Below the pieces are notes generated by a model that was given only the letters and a program-made list of their open reading frames with translations, was not told the DNA's origin and did not search any database. Of a stretch of 64,000 bases of DNA, positions 48,846 through 56,518 are shown piece by piece. Source of the stretch: Thiobacillus sp. (GTDB lineage: Bacteria; Pseudomonadota; Gammaproteobacteria; Burkholderiales; Thiobacillaceae). The position numbers were made by a program, and so were the translations under genes. The stretch covers positions 293,349 through 357,348 of the forward strand of contig DATCSW010000011.1 in NCBI GenBank assembly GCA_036568265.1, written 5' to 3'. Positions within the stretch are counted from its first letter, which is position 1, and every line of letters begins with the position of its first letter.

Positions 48846-50606
48846 ATGAACCGTAATCAAGAAAACAGCGGCGAGGGTCGCAACACCCTGCCGCTGAAAG
48901 AGAACCGCCCCCTGAAAGAGCTGAACGCTAGTTTAGGAAACCTTGCCTCGGTGGGCTTTGACAACTTGCAGGCGACACAGCAGGCCGCGCAGTGTGGTCA
49001 GTACCCTACTGGCGGCGCAGTGCAGATCGTCGCCCCAGCCGACGCTGTGCAGCCCGCAGTCGGTGAAAAGCACAAGCGCAAAGACCCATTCTCCGGATTG
49101 TTTGGCGGTAACGAGCAACCAGCCGAACCCGCATGGGAAAAGCCGGTGGCGCTGCGTGCTGAGATTAGGGCGCTACCGTACCCGCTGGAAGTGTTGCCGC
49201 CTCTCATCCGCGATGCCATCAAAGAAGTTGAGCAATTCACCCAGGCACCAACCGCACTGATTGCGGCATCCGCACTGTCCGCAGTTTCGGCAACGGTGCA
49301 AGGGCTAGCCAGCGTTGAGCGCGGGACAGGTCTGCGCGGCCCTGCCTCCCTGTTCTTTCTCACGCTTGCGGTCAGCGGCGAACGCAAGAGCAGCGCCGAC
49401 AAGTATTTCACGCAAGCCATCCGCGAATGGGAAGCGCAGCAGGCTGAAGCGGCAAAACCGGCGCAAGCGGCATATCGTGCAGCAGTTACCGAATGGCAAT
49501 GCACCGAGGAAGGTTACAAGCAGGCTATCAAGCAGAGCGCGAAAGGTGGTATGCCTGACAAGTACGTTGCGGAGCAGCTAAAGCAGCTTGAATTCAACAG
49601 GCCGCTTGAACCACGCACCCCGACGATCCTTCGCATGGACGACACACCCGAAGCGCTTGGTGTTGCGCTAACCCGCTGGCCTGTGGCTGCTGTGTTGAGC
49701 AACGAGGCGGGGATTATCTTCGGTGCCCACGGCATGAATCCTGAATCGGTCATGCGGAATATGGCGGGCTTGAATGTGTGTTGGGATGGTGGGCACCTCC
49801 GACGCGACCGCACCTCTACACAGAGCATCAACGTTGAGGGGATGCGCCTGACGATGGGTTTGATGGTTCAGCCCGATACGCTGCAATCGTTCTTGAGCAA
49901 GCAAGGTGCATTGGCGCGGGGCATCGGCTTCTTTGCTCGGTTCTTGGTCGCACATCCAGAATCGACACAGGGGACGCGCTACTACCGCGAGCAAGCGCCG
50001 GGGGAGCCAGCGCTGACAGCGTTCAATGCGAGAGCCACGCAACTGCTCAACATCGGCGCTCAGGTAGATGTAGAAGGCAGGCTGGAAACAACCTATTTCG
50101 CACTATCACCCGAAGCGAAGAAAATCTGGGTCAGCTTCCATGACGAGGTGGAGGAAGAACTAGGCCGGGGGCGCGATTACTACGACGTTCAAGACGTAGC
50201 AAGCAAAGCGGCTGACAACGCCGCACGCCTCGCGGCCTGCCTGCACGCCTTCTGTGACCACACGCACACCATTTCATCTATCGGCGTGGAAAGCATGGAA
50301 GCCGGTACGGAGTTGATGCGCTGGTACTTGCATGAGGCGCTTCGGTTCTGCCGTCAGGTGGCGATTCCCGAAAGCCTGCGGAAAGCTGAACGGCTTGAGG
50401 AATGGCTGATTGGCAAGCTCTACAGCGGAATGGCGCTGGTGCCGACCCGCGAGGTTAAGCAGTTCGCACCGAGCGAACTACGCGGCGCGGCAGGCTCCGA
50501 AGCCTTCGCGGTGTTGGAAGACCATAACCGCGCCAAGCTCATTACCCAAGGCCCGAAGAAGTTCTATCGCTTGAACCCCGAGGTGGCGAATGAGTACCGG
50601 CGATAG
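48846..50606 (+). CDS. DUF3987/YfjI-family replication-associated NTPase
   Basis: YPLEVLP, P-loop-like AVSGERKSS, DDTPEAL, EAG, RGIGFFARFL; typical of satellite-like islands. Confidence 0.75.
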   Translation: MNRNQENSGEGRNTLPLKENRPLKELNASLGNLASVGFDNLQATQQAAQCGQYPTGGAVQIVAPADAVQPAVGEKHKRKDPFSGLFGGNEQPAEPAWEKPVALRAEIRALPYPLEVLPPLIRDAIKEVEQFTQAPTALIAASALSAVSATVQGLASVERGTGLRGPASLFFLTLAVSGERKSSADKYFTQAIREWEAQQAEAAKPAQAAYRAAVTEWQCTEEGYKQAIKQSAKGGMPDKYVAEQLKQLEFNRPLEPRTPTILRMDDTPEALGVALTRWPVAAVLSNEAGIIFGAHGMNPESVMRNMAGLNVCWDGGHLRRDRTSTQSINVEGMRLTMGLMVQPDTLQSFLSKQGALARGIGFFARFLVAHPESTQGTRYYREQAPGEPALTAFNARATQLLNIGAQVDVEGRLETTYFALSPEAKKIWVSFHDEVEEELGRGRDYYDVQDVASKAADNAARLAACLHAFCDHTHTISSIGVESMEAGTELMRWYLHEALRFCRQVAIPESLRKAERLEEWLIGKLYSGMALVPTREVKQFAPSELRGAAGSEAFAVLEDHNRAKLITQGPKKFYRLNPEVANEYRR

Positions 50607-50607
50607 G

Positions 50608-50742
50608 TGTAGCCGGTGTAGCGACTGTAGCTGTAGCAGGTGTAGCGAAAACGGTACGGGGGATTCTGAAAGTCCTAAATCTTCTTTATTTTGTACCTGC
50701 ATTGGGCAACCTGCTACGGCTACACCTGCTACAGCCGCTACA
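50608..50742. repeat. Inverted iteron arrays, candidate replication origin
   Basis: TGTAGC x5 (50608, 50617, 50626, 50632, 50641) facing GCTAC(A) x4 (50713, 50719, 50728, 50737) around an AT-rich spacer. Confidence 0.75.
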
Positions 50743-50879
50743 CCCTGCAAGGGGCAACGGCCAGCGCTGCAAACCATAGTGACGCAACAGACAAGTGCGC
50801 ATGACGTTTGTTAAGATGTGCGATGAAAATCAAAGCTGAAAGTTAAGAACATTCAATTTCTTAGAAAAAAGGAAGGTTC

Positions 50880-51836
50880 ATGCAAGAAAATACAACAAAA
50901 GAAATTGTGGCAGAAATTGTCAAGAAATATGCAGCTCGTGAAGGAAAGATAACTTCTATTTCTATAACCAAAAAATCCCTACCCGGTAAGCCATGGGTTA
51001 ATCCGCTGCTCAGAAAATTGAATAAACTCTCCAGCTTATTCAAAGTTCGTTTTACTTTTAGCCGATATGAGTCGACTGTTTATGCCTACTCGTCAAATCA
51101 AGACGACGACCTCTATAGTGAATACGGCAAAAATGAACTAATGATAAATTTTGGTTCTGGTGCATTTATGCACCCAAGATGGATTAATTACGATTTTCCG
51201 GGGCAGAGTTCTTATTACAAGAAACTACAAGGATTGCCAGGCAAAGACTTTATCCCGATAGATCTAACAAAAGACCTTCCACTTCAACTTGAAAGCGGCT
51301 CTGTTTCATTAATCTATTGCTCCCATACCATTGAGCATTTGCCGGAATCCACTGCATCAATATTCTTGTCTGAGTGCTTTAGGTTACTAAAGAAGGGCGG
51401 GTGCTTACGACTTGTTTTTCCAAACGTAGTATCTGACTATCAATTTGCTGAAATATGTTCAAGTCAGTCAAGCATTGACCAGAATATGAAAATTGAATCA
51501 ATAGTTGCTGCTGCCTATAATTCGTTCTCGCCGAGTGCAGAATATGAGATTCCAGAATTGCTTGATTTATTTGAGCGAGAAAACTACTCATATGAAAAAA
51601 TCCCAGAAGCCTTGAGACTCAAGGACTCGCTCCATGGCTCATTTAGGCCAGGAAACCCAGATTTTCATTTATCTTTTTGGTCTCACTCAAAATTATCAAA
51701 TCTATCTCGCGCCTGTGGTTTTGAAACTTATTTGCCCGGGCAACGAGGTAGGTCTTCTTACAAGCCATTCAACAACACTTGTGTCTTTGATACAACCGAG
51801 CCTCAATACTCTCTATATGGAGAATTGATCAAGTAA
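50880..51836 (+). CDS. Class I SAM-dependent methyltransferase (cargo)
   Basis: NFGSG motif I, YCSHTIEHL, ECFRLLKKGG.LRL..P; visibly AT-rich versus its flanks. Confidence 0.75.
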   Translation: MQENTTKEIVAEIVKKYAAREGKITSISITKKSLPGKPWVNPLLRKLNKLSSLFKVRFTFSRYESTVYAYSSNQDDDLYSEYGKNELMINFGSGAFMHPRWINYDFPGQSSYYKKLQGLPGKDFIPIDLTKDLPLQLESGSVSLIYCSHTIEHLPESTASIFLSECFRLLKKGGCLRLVFPNVVSDYQFAEICSSQSSIDQNMKIESIVAAAYNSFSPSAEYEIPELLDLFERENYSYEKIPEALRLKDSLHGSFRPGNPDFHLSFWSHSKLSNLSRACGFETYLPGQRGRSSYKPFNNTCVFDTTEPQYSLYGELIK

Positions 51837-51852
51837 ATATAAGTACTTTCAG

Positions 51853-51877
51853 AAGCGCTCGTGTTGAGCGCTTTTTT
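51853..51877. terminator. Terminator between convergent cargo genes
   Basis: AAGCGCTC-GTGTT-GAGCGCTTTTTT. Confidence 0.75.
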
Positions 51878-51887
51878 GTACCTAGGC

Positions 51888-52277
51888 TTATTTTATGCTG
51901 CGAGCCACCCCTAAGAACTTCCGGCGAGCGTAAAACTCGCAGCTCACATTGTTGGGGTTCCAGCCGTGGGCAGGTGCAGCCGCCTTCGCTTCCTTGAGCG
52001 TAGCGGCAGGGTTCGCATCGAGCCACGCCCACACAGCAGCGCACGCCCCGCCAGCCTTCGGACGCTTCACCCCGTTGCATTCTTCCTGCTCGACCTTCGG
52101 CCTTTTGCTTGCTGTGGTCACTTTCTTGACGGGTGCCACGCTCTCCTTCCAGCCGAACCGCACTTCGTCGCCGTTCTTATGCACCGTCAGGGCGACCCGT
52201 TCGCTCGGGATGCCAGCGGCGACACCAGCGCGACGGGCATTCACTCGCTTGGTGTAGGTCGTTGTCGATTGCTTCAT
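51888..52277 (-). CDS. Small basic hypothetical protein
   Basis: RBS CAGGAG; C-terminal helical RPKAGGACAAVWAWLD...GWNPNN...FY..RKF segment. Confidence 0.7.
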   Translation of the reverse strand: MKQSTTTYTKRVNARRAGVAAGIPSERVALTVHKNGDEVRFGWKESVAPVKKVTTASKRPKVEQEECNGVKRPKAGGACAAVWAWLDANPAATLKEAKAAAPAHGWNPNNVSCEFYARRKFLGVARSIK

Positions 52278-52589
52278 GACGTTCTCCTGTGTGTTGTTGA
52301 TGACAACGCAATTACAGGATGCATCTCCGAGAAGCGGCAAGCGATTAGTCCAGCAACCAAGGAACAGCAAATACCTTATTTGACGGACTGCGCCCGTAAG
52401 CGATTGGAACTGTTCCTGATATTCAGCGAGGGACGGCAGCGCGTAAGCCTATTGCACGCAAGCCGCAGGAATCGCCAGCAGCGCCAGCACACCGGCAAAG
52501 GACGACGCGACACACTACCTGTAGTGACTTTGACGGAATCAAACACTAGATGTAGTGCTTACCGGGTAAGACCGTCCTACCATGCGCTC

Positions 52590-52988
52590 ATGGCTACCAA
52601 CGCTCAACACCAAGCAAGCTACCGCGCCCGGCAAGCATCAGCGGGCAGCGTTCGGCTTGATACCCATATCTCGGCAGATGCCCATGCCGCCCTTGCCACG
52701 ATGGCAGAGCGCAAGGGTTTGAGCATTCGGGCAGCAGTCGAGACAGCGATTTTCACTTCCTCCACCACGTCACGAAAGGACGCAAGCATGAACCCCTCCC
52801 GACCAACCCAAATGACCGCAGGCGAAGCCGCTGAACTTGAATCGTTCAAGGCTGGACTGCCCAACGCAATCATCAGCGCCGAGCTTGACCAACGCGCCCA
52901 AGCAATGAACGGCGGCGCGGCTGGTGTAGCCCAAAAGGAACGCGTCACCGCCATGCTGCAAGCCAACAACCAGCATTTCAAGAAGTAA
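52590..52988 (+). CDS. Ribbon-helix-helix-like regulator with an in-frame internal start at 52788
   Basis: RLDTHISADAHAALATMAERKGLSIRAAVETAI resembles CopG/Arc RHH; GAAAGGA precedes ATG 52788. Confidence 0.55.
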   Translation: MATNAQHQASYRARQASAGSVRLDTHISADAHAALATMAERKGLSIRAAVETAIFTSSTTSRKDASMNPSRPTQMTAGEAAELESFKAGLPNAIISAELDQRAQAMNGGAAGVAQKERVTAMLQANNQHFKK

Positions 52989-53016
52989 CCCGAATCACCA
53001 ACCAAAAGGAACCGAT

Positions 53017-53553
53017 ATGAACACCCCTGAACTCCGCGAAACCCTTGCAGACGTAATCGCCAAGCACAACGAAGCCAATGGCGAATACACCCTGCTTCAC
53101 GCTGACTGGCACAGTGCAGCCGCCAAGGGTGAGGACGCGAAAGCCGACAAGCTCGAAATTGAAATTGAACGCACCCGCCGAATGATGCAACGCCTTGAAC
53201 TGCGCCGCGCTGCACTTGAGAAAGACATTGGCAGCGCCGAAGCAGTCGAACAAGCCGCCCGCGCTGCGAAGCTGAAACAGACTGCGGACAGCGTGCTTGC
53301 CCGTGCTGGAAAGCGCATCAGTGACATGCAAACGCTGGCAGCTACGCTCGCCAAGCTGACCGATGAACTGGAAAGCGATCTGCATCTTTGGAAGGAAGCG
53401 CGGCACTACTCCACGGCAGCAGGTGCAACCCCGGAAAGCTTCGCCACGCAGGCGAACGAACGCCAAGTGAGCCAGATTATTGAATCGCTCGGCATGTCAA
53501 AGATACGCACCGCGAACATTGCTAAAGAAATGAGCCGCATCAGCGTCCAGTAA
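53017..53553 (+). CDS. Coiled-coil hypothetical protein
   Basis: RBS AAAGGA; helical heptad-rich sequence. Confidence 0.75.
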   Translation: MNTPELRETLADVIAKHNEANGEYTLLHADWHSAAAKGEDAKADKLEIEIERTRRMMQRLELRRAALEKDIGSAEAVEQAARAAKLKQTADSVLARAGKRISDMQTLAATLAKLTDELESDLHLWKEARHYSTAAGATPESFATQANERQVSQIIESLGMSKIRTANIAKEMSRISVQ

Positions 53554-53621
53554 CGAACCGAACGGCGAAACCTGCGGCAGCTCAACGCTCCGCATAAGTG
53601 CCTGTCTCGTTGGAGCAACCA

Positions 53622-54392
53622 ATGACACGAACAGGCAAAGATTCCAGAAACATCACATCAGCACGCGCCGTCCGCGATGCACAGCGACGGGCTGAAATGC
53701 TCTCCCTCCGCCTTGAGGGTTTGACGCTGGAACAAATCGGCGAACGCATGGGCGTAGGCAAGCCTACCGTGTCGCGTGTCATCAGTAACGCACTGACTGC
53801 CCAAACCCGCGAACCAGCCGAAGAACTGCTAACCCTTGAGCTTGGGCGCTGTGACGTTCTGCTGACGGAGGCGATGCAGACCGTTAAGGCGTTTCACCCG
53901 CTGGTGTCCGCTGGTCGTGTGGTCAGCGCACCCATGCTGGACAACACGGGCCAGCCTGTACGCAACCCCGAGAGCGGCGACGTATTGACGCGGGTACTTG
54001 AGGACAAAGCGCCGAAGCTGGCAGCGATTGCCACAGCAGTTCGCGTCATGGAACGACGCGCCAAGCTGCTCGGCCTTGATGCTGCAACCAAGCTCCAGCA
54101 GGAAGTGCATGTCAGCACCGACGAGAAACCAGCGCACGACCTCCAGAAGCTGGACATGGACGAAATGCACCTCTACGGCTACCTGCTGGAGAAGATGCAC
54201 AACCCCGACAGCCCCGACCGCGTAGAGCGTCCCACGCTCCGCGACGAAGTGCGGGCCAAGCTGACCCCTGCCGAGATTGGCACTCTGCAAGTGATATTCG
54301 AGAAGCTGGATGTGCAGTACATCGCAGCCGACACCGTTAGCGGCCTGTATTCCCAACGGCCAGCACTACCCGCCCCAGAAGAAAAGGAATGA
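53622..54392 (+). CDS. HTH protein, terminase-small-subunit-like
   Basis: HTH LTLEQIGERMGVGKPTVSR, then ELGRCD.L and VMERRAKLLGLDA motifs resembling phage TerS-type proteins. Confidence 0.6.
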   Translation: MTRTGKDSRNITSARAVRDAQRRAEMLSLRLEGLTLEQIGERMGVGKPTVSRVISNALTAQTREPAEELLTLELGRCDVLLTEAMQTVKAFHPLVSAGRVVSAPMLDNTGQPVRNPESGDVLTRVLEDKAPKLAAIATAVRVMERRAKLLGLDAATKLQQEVHVSTDEKPAHDLQKLDMDEMHLYGYLLEKMHNPDSPDRVERPTLRDEVRAKLTPAEIGTLQVIFEKLDVQYIAADTVSGLYSQRPALPAPEEKE

Positions 54393-54394
54393 CC

Positions 54395-54853
54395 ATGTCC
54401 ATCACTACACACACCGACCAAGACAAGCGCCTGTATGTTGTCTTTGACGACGAGCGCACCGCGCCGGTAGAGCGTTACACCATCTGGCTAGTCAATGGGA
54501 GCAGAGATGTTCTTGCACAGCCCTGGGAGTCGCCCGGCGCAGTATGGAAGCGCGTGCTTGATACCGTTGCCGCAATGCGTGTGGCTATCACATTGAGCAG
54601 CGGCCATCTGTACTTCGCCACCGTCTTTGCGGACGTACAGGCCACCGAGCAGCACATGCAGACCATCATCAAGGATCGAGTTTCCGTCAAGCTCTATGAG
54701 ATGGCAGATCCGGCCAACAACAAGAACGCCCACGCTCGGGTGAAGGCGCTTGCCGCGCTTGCAGAACTGCACGGCCTGTACCAGCCCGAGCGTTACACCA
54801 TGCCCACGCTGGAACAGCTCAACGCCGCTATCGCCGACCACAAGGGGCAGTAA
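54395..54853 (+). CDS. Hypothetical protein
   Basis: RBS AAGGA; coupled to both neighbours; ARVKALAALAELHGL tail. Confidence 0.7.
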   Translation: MSITTHTDQDKRLYVVFDDERTAPVERYTIWLVNGSRDVLAQPWESPGAVWKRVLDTVAAMRVAITLSSGHLYFATVFADVQATEQHMQTIIKDRVSVKLYEMADPANNKNAHARVKALAALAELHGLYQPERYTMPTLEQLNAAIADHKGQ

Positions 54854-55071
54854 TGAGCGAGGGGCGCGACATTATCGAACCGGCCCAATGGCCGCAGCGC
54901 GACGACAGGCGGGTGCCGGTACTCGATACGAACACCAGCCCGCCTCGTGTGGTTCGTTACGTTGGCTGGCGTCCCTGCATACGGTGTGGCCGTAAGTTCT
55001 TCTCGCGTGACGTGGCAGGCGTGCGAATGTGCCTGCCCTGCAAGGACGGCCGACGCGTCGAAGAATGGTAA
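54853..55071 (+). CDS. Small zinc-finger protein
   Basis: CIRC...CLPC; TAATG overlap with the upstream gene. Confidence 0.7.
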   Translation: MSEGRDIIEPAQWPQRDDRRVPVLDTNTSPPRVVRYVGWRPCIRCGRKFFSRDVAGVRMCLPCKDGRRVEEW

Positions 55072-55179
55072 TCCCTCAACAACCACAAACACCACTCAGG
55101 CCGAGGCATAGCAAACCGTTCCTCGATAATCCAACGGGCGCAGCCGCAGGGCATCTCCTCCTTGCTTGATGCGACACTC

Positions 55180-55218
55180 AGTCCCGCCCAGCCTCACCGG
55201 CTCAGGCGGGATTGTTTT
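55180..55218 (+). terminator. Terminator of the element late-like operon
   Basis: AGTCCCGCC...GGCGGGATT-GTTTT hairpin. Confidence 0.6.
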
Positions 55219-55237
55219 GCGCTACCAGTTGCCGGGA

Positions 55238-55627
55238 TTACTCGAAGAATTCGATTTCCTTACGGTCGATCAAGCCACCGCTAGAAATGCAGATTTCAAA
55301 CCGTTTGAACAGCCCGAAGAACTCGTTAAGGTGCATGTCGAAGCGAACCCGGCGCACCTGCAACGGATTGCCTGAATCGACCGCCGCCTTGACGTTCTCG
55401 TAACCCTCGGCCTTCGTTAAGATGGCGGTGACATAGACCGTTTCGTCCTGCGTCCGCTCATGCACTTCCCCTGACCACATGGAGATGCCGACAAGCATCT
55501 CGTCAGCCTGAATCAGTCCCTTTTCCTCAAGGTACTTTTCCATCGTGTAGTTGTCGTGGCGGTCGGCAGAAGCTGTGCCTTTCATGTCGCCATATTGAAC
55601 GCTTGCGTAGAACTTTTCTTGTGCCAT
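55238..55627 (-). CDS. Hypothetical cargo protein (129 aa)
   Basis: RBS GGAGGA; FYASVQYGDMKGTASAD N-terminus; acidic. Confidence 0.7.
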   Translation of the reverse strand: MAQEKFYASVQYGDMKGTASADRHDNYTMEKYLEEKGLIQADEMLVGISMWSGEVHERTQDETVYVTAILTKAEGYENVKAAVDSGNPLQVRRVRFDMHLNEFFGLFKRFEICISSGGLIDRKEIEFFE

Positions 55628-55952
55628 GTGTCCTCCCGGTTTTTCGTGTTGATGAAGCTGGCATGGTACATCGCGCAATATCATTCTGAAAATCATCCGG
55701 CAGCAATCGGGCTAAATGGCCGCGTAAGCCGCTTTGAACATCATCAAGGCAAGTGTATTGAGGATTAGTCGAACGTCGCTTATACGAACTGTCGATTGCT
55801 GGCGGCATAGCGGGCGGCACAGCCAACGATCACCGCAAGGGTGCCGCACTGGTATTGGCTCGGGTGCTGCGCGGCCTGTAGCGGCGCTGTGTGCCGGGTA
55901 GTCGTGGGGCTGCAACGCTGGCCGCTGCTGGTGTTGCGGGAAGGTGCGCCAT

Positions 55953-56001
55953 GCTTACCGAGGCGCTTACCGCTTCGCTGCGGTGCTTACTATCTGCTTA
56001 C
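55953..56001. repeat. Candidate integrase arm-type sites (right)
   Basis: GCTTAC at 55953, 55965, 55985, 55996 (two pairs, 12 and 11 bp apart). Confidence 0.55.
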
Positions 56002-56120
56002 CGCTCGGTTTTGTTCTCGGCACTGAATGGCGCTGAAATTGCCCTTGCATGTGGTCAGTTGCGGGGCTTTTCTCTAGCTGCTTTGCTCTGCGCCGAACTG
56101 CGCTAAGTTGTTGTATTTAT

Positions 56121-56208
56121 TGGCGGAAGCTCAGGGATTCGAACCCTGGATACCTTGCGGTATGCTGGTTTTCAAGACCAGTGCAATCGACCACTCTGCC
56201 AAGCTTCC
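56121..56208 (-). tRNA. Element-borne complete tRNA-Ser(TGA)
   Basis: 88 nt: GGAAGCT/AGCTTCC, GCA/TGC, CTGGT-CTTGAAA-ACCAG, ATACC-GCAA-GGTAT variable arm, CAGGG-TTCGAAT-CCCTG, G73, CCA. Confidence 0.95.
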
Positions 56209-56228
56209 TACGTGCTACCTACAACAAA

Positions 56229-56267
56229 TTTCAAGACCGGTGCCTTAAACCACTCGGCCACGCTTCC
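56229..56267 (-). pseudogene. 5' half of host tRNA-Ser(TGA) (right att junction)
   Basis: GGAAGCG-TG-GCCGAGTGGTTTAAGGC-A-CCGGT-CTTGAAA; pairs perfectly with the 3' half at 46716-46773. Confidence 0.92.
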
Positions 56268-56269
56268 AA

Positions 56270-56306
56270 GGCGCGCATTGTAACGGTTTCATCCCTATTT
56301 GTGCGA
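56270..56306 (-). promoter_or_regulatory. Host tRNA-Ser promoter
   Basis: -10 TACAAT (56277-56282), GCGCGCC discriminator, weak -35 TCGCAC at 18-nt spacing. Confidence 0.6.
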
Positions 56307-56518
56307 GCGGAGCATTGTTTTGCATGATGGTTTTCGCTGCTGCAATTTCGTCAAAGAGTGTCGGTTTTTCATTGTTATGCATGAGGCATCTTTGCCGTGG
56401 CGGACGGAATGCAACATAAATTGGTGTAAAACCAATGTCTTGAAAATCAGACAGCGCCCTGCATAACTGGCATAAATGCTGCTGGACAGACGGTACGATA
56501 AAAATCTGGCACCTGACA

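Larger units (their letters stand above)
46767..56235. mobile_element. Integrated phage-satellite-like (PICI-like) element, 9,462 bp, inserted in the anticodon loop of tRNA-Ser(TGA)
   Basis: 7-bp direct repeat TTTCAAG at 46767-46773 and 56229-56235 joining the two tRNA halves; int, alpA-like, DUF3987, iterons and terS-like genes; no capsid or tail genes recognised. Confidence 0.9.

Noticed and set aside
50608-50742. Short repeats as a CRISPR array
   Set aside because: 6-bp units with 0-3 bp gaps in inverted arrangement, no spacers and no cas genes.
51966-52589. 340-aa plus-strand ORF start
   Set aside because: The first 208 codons are antisense to the 51888-52277 gene and a control region; protein-like sequence starts at 52590.
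56121-56208. The intact tRNA-Ser read as the usual restored host gene, with 46716-46773 as its 3' duplicate
   Set aside because: The two differ throughout the anticodon, variable, T and acceptor stems; the left fragment pairs with the separate 5' half at 56229-56267 instead.
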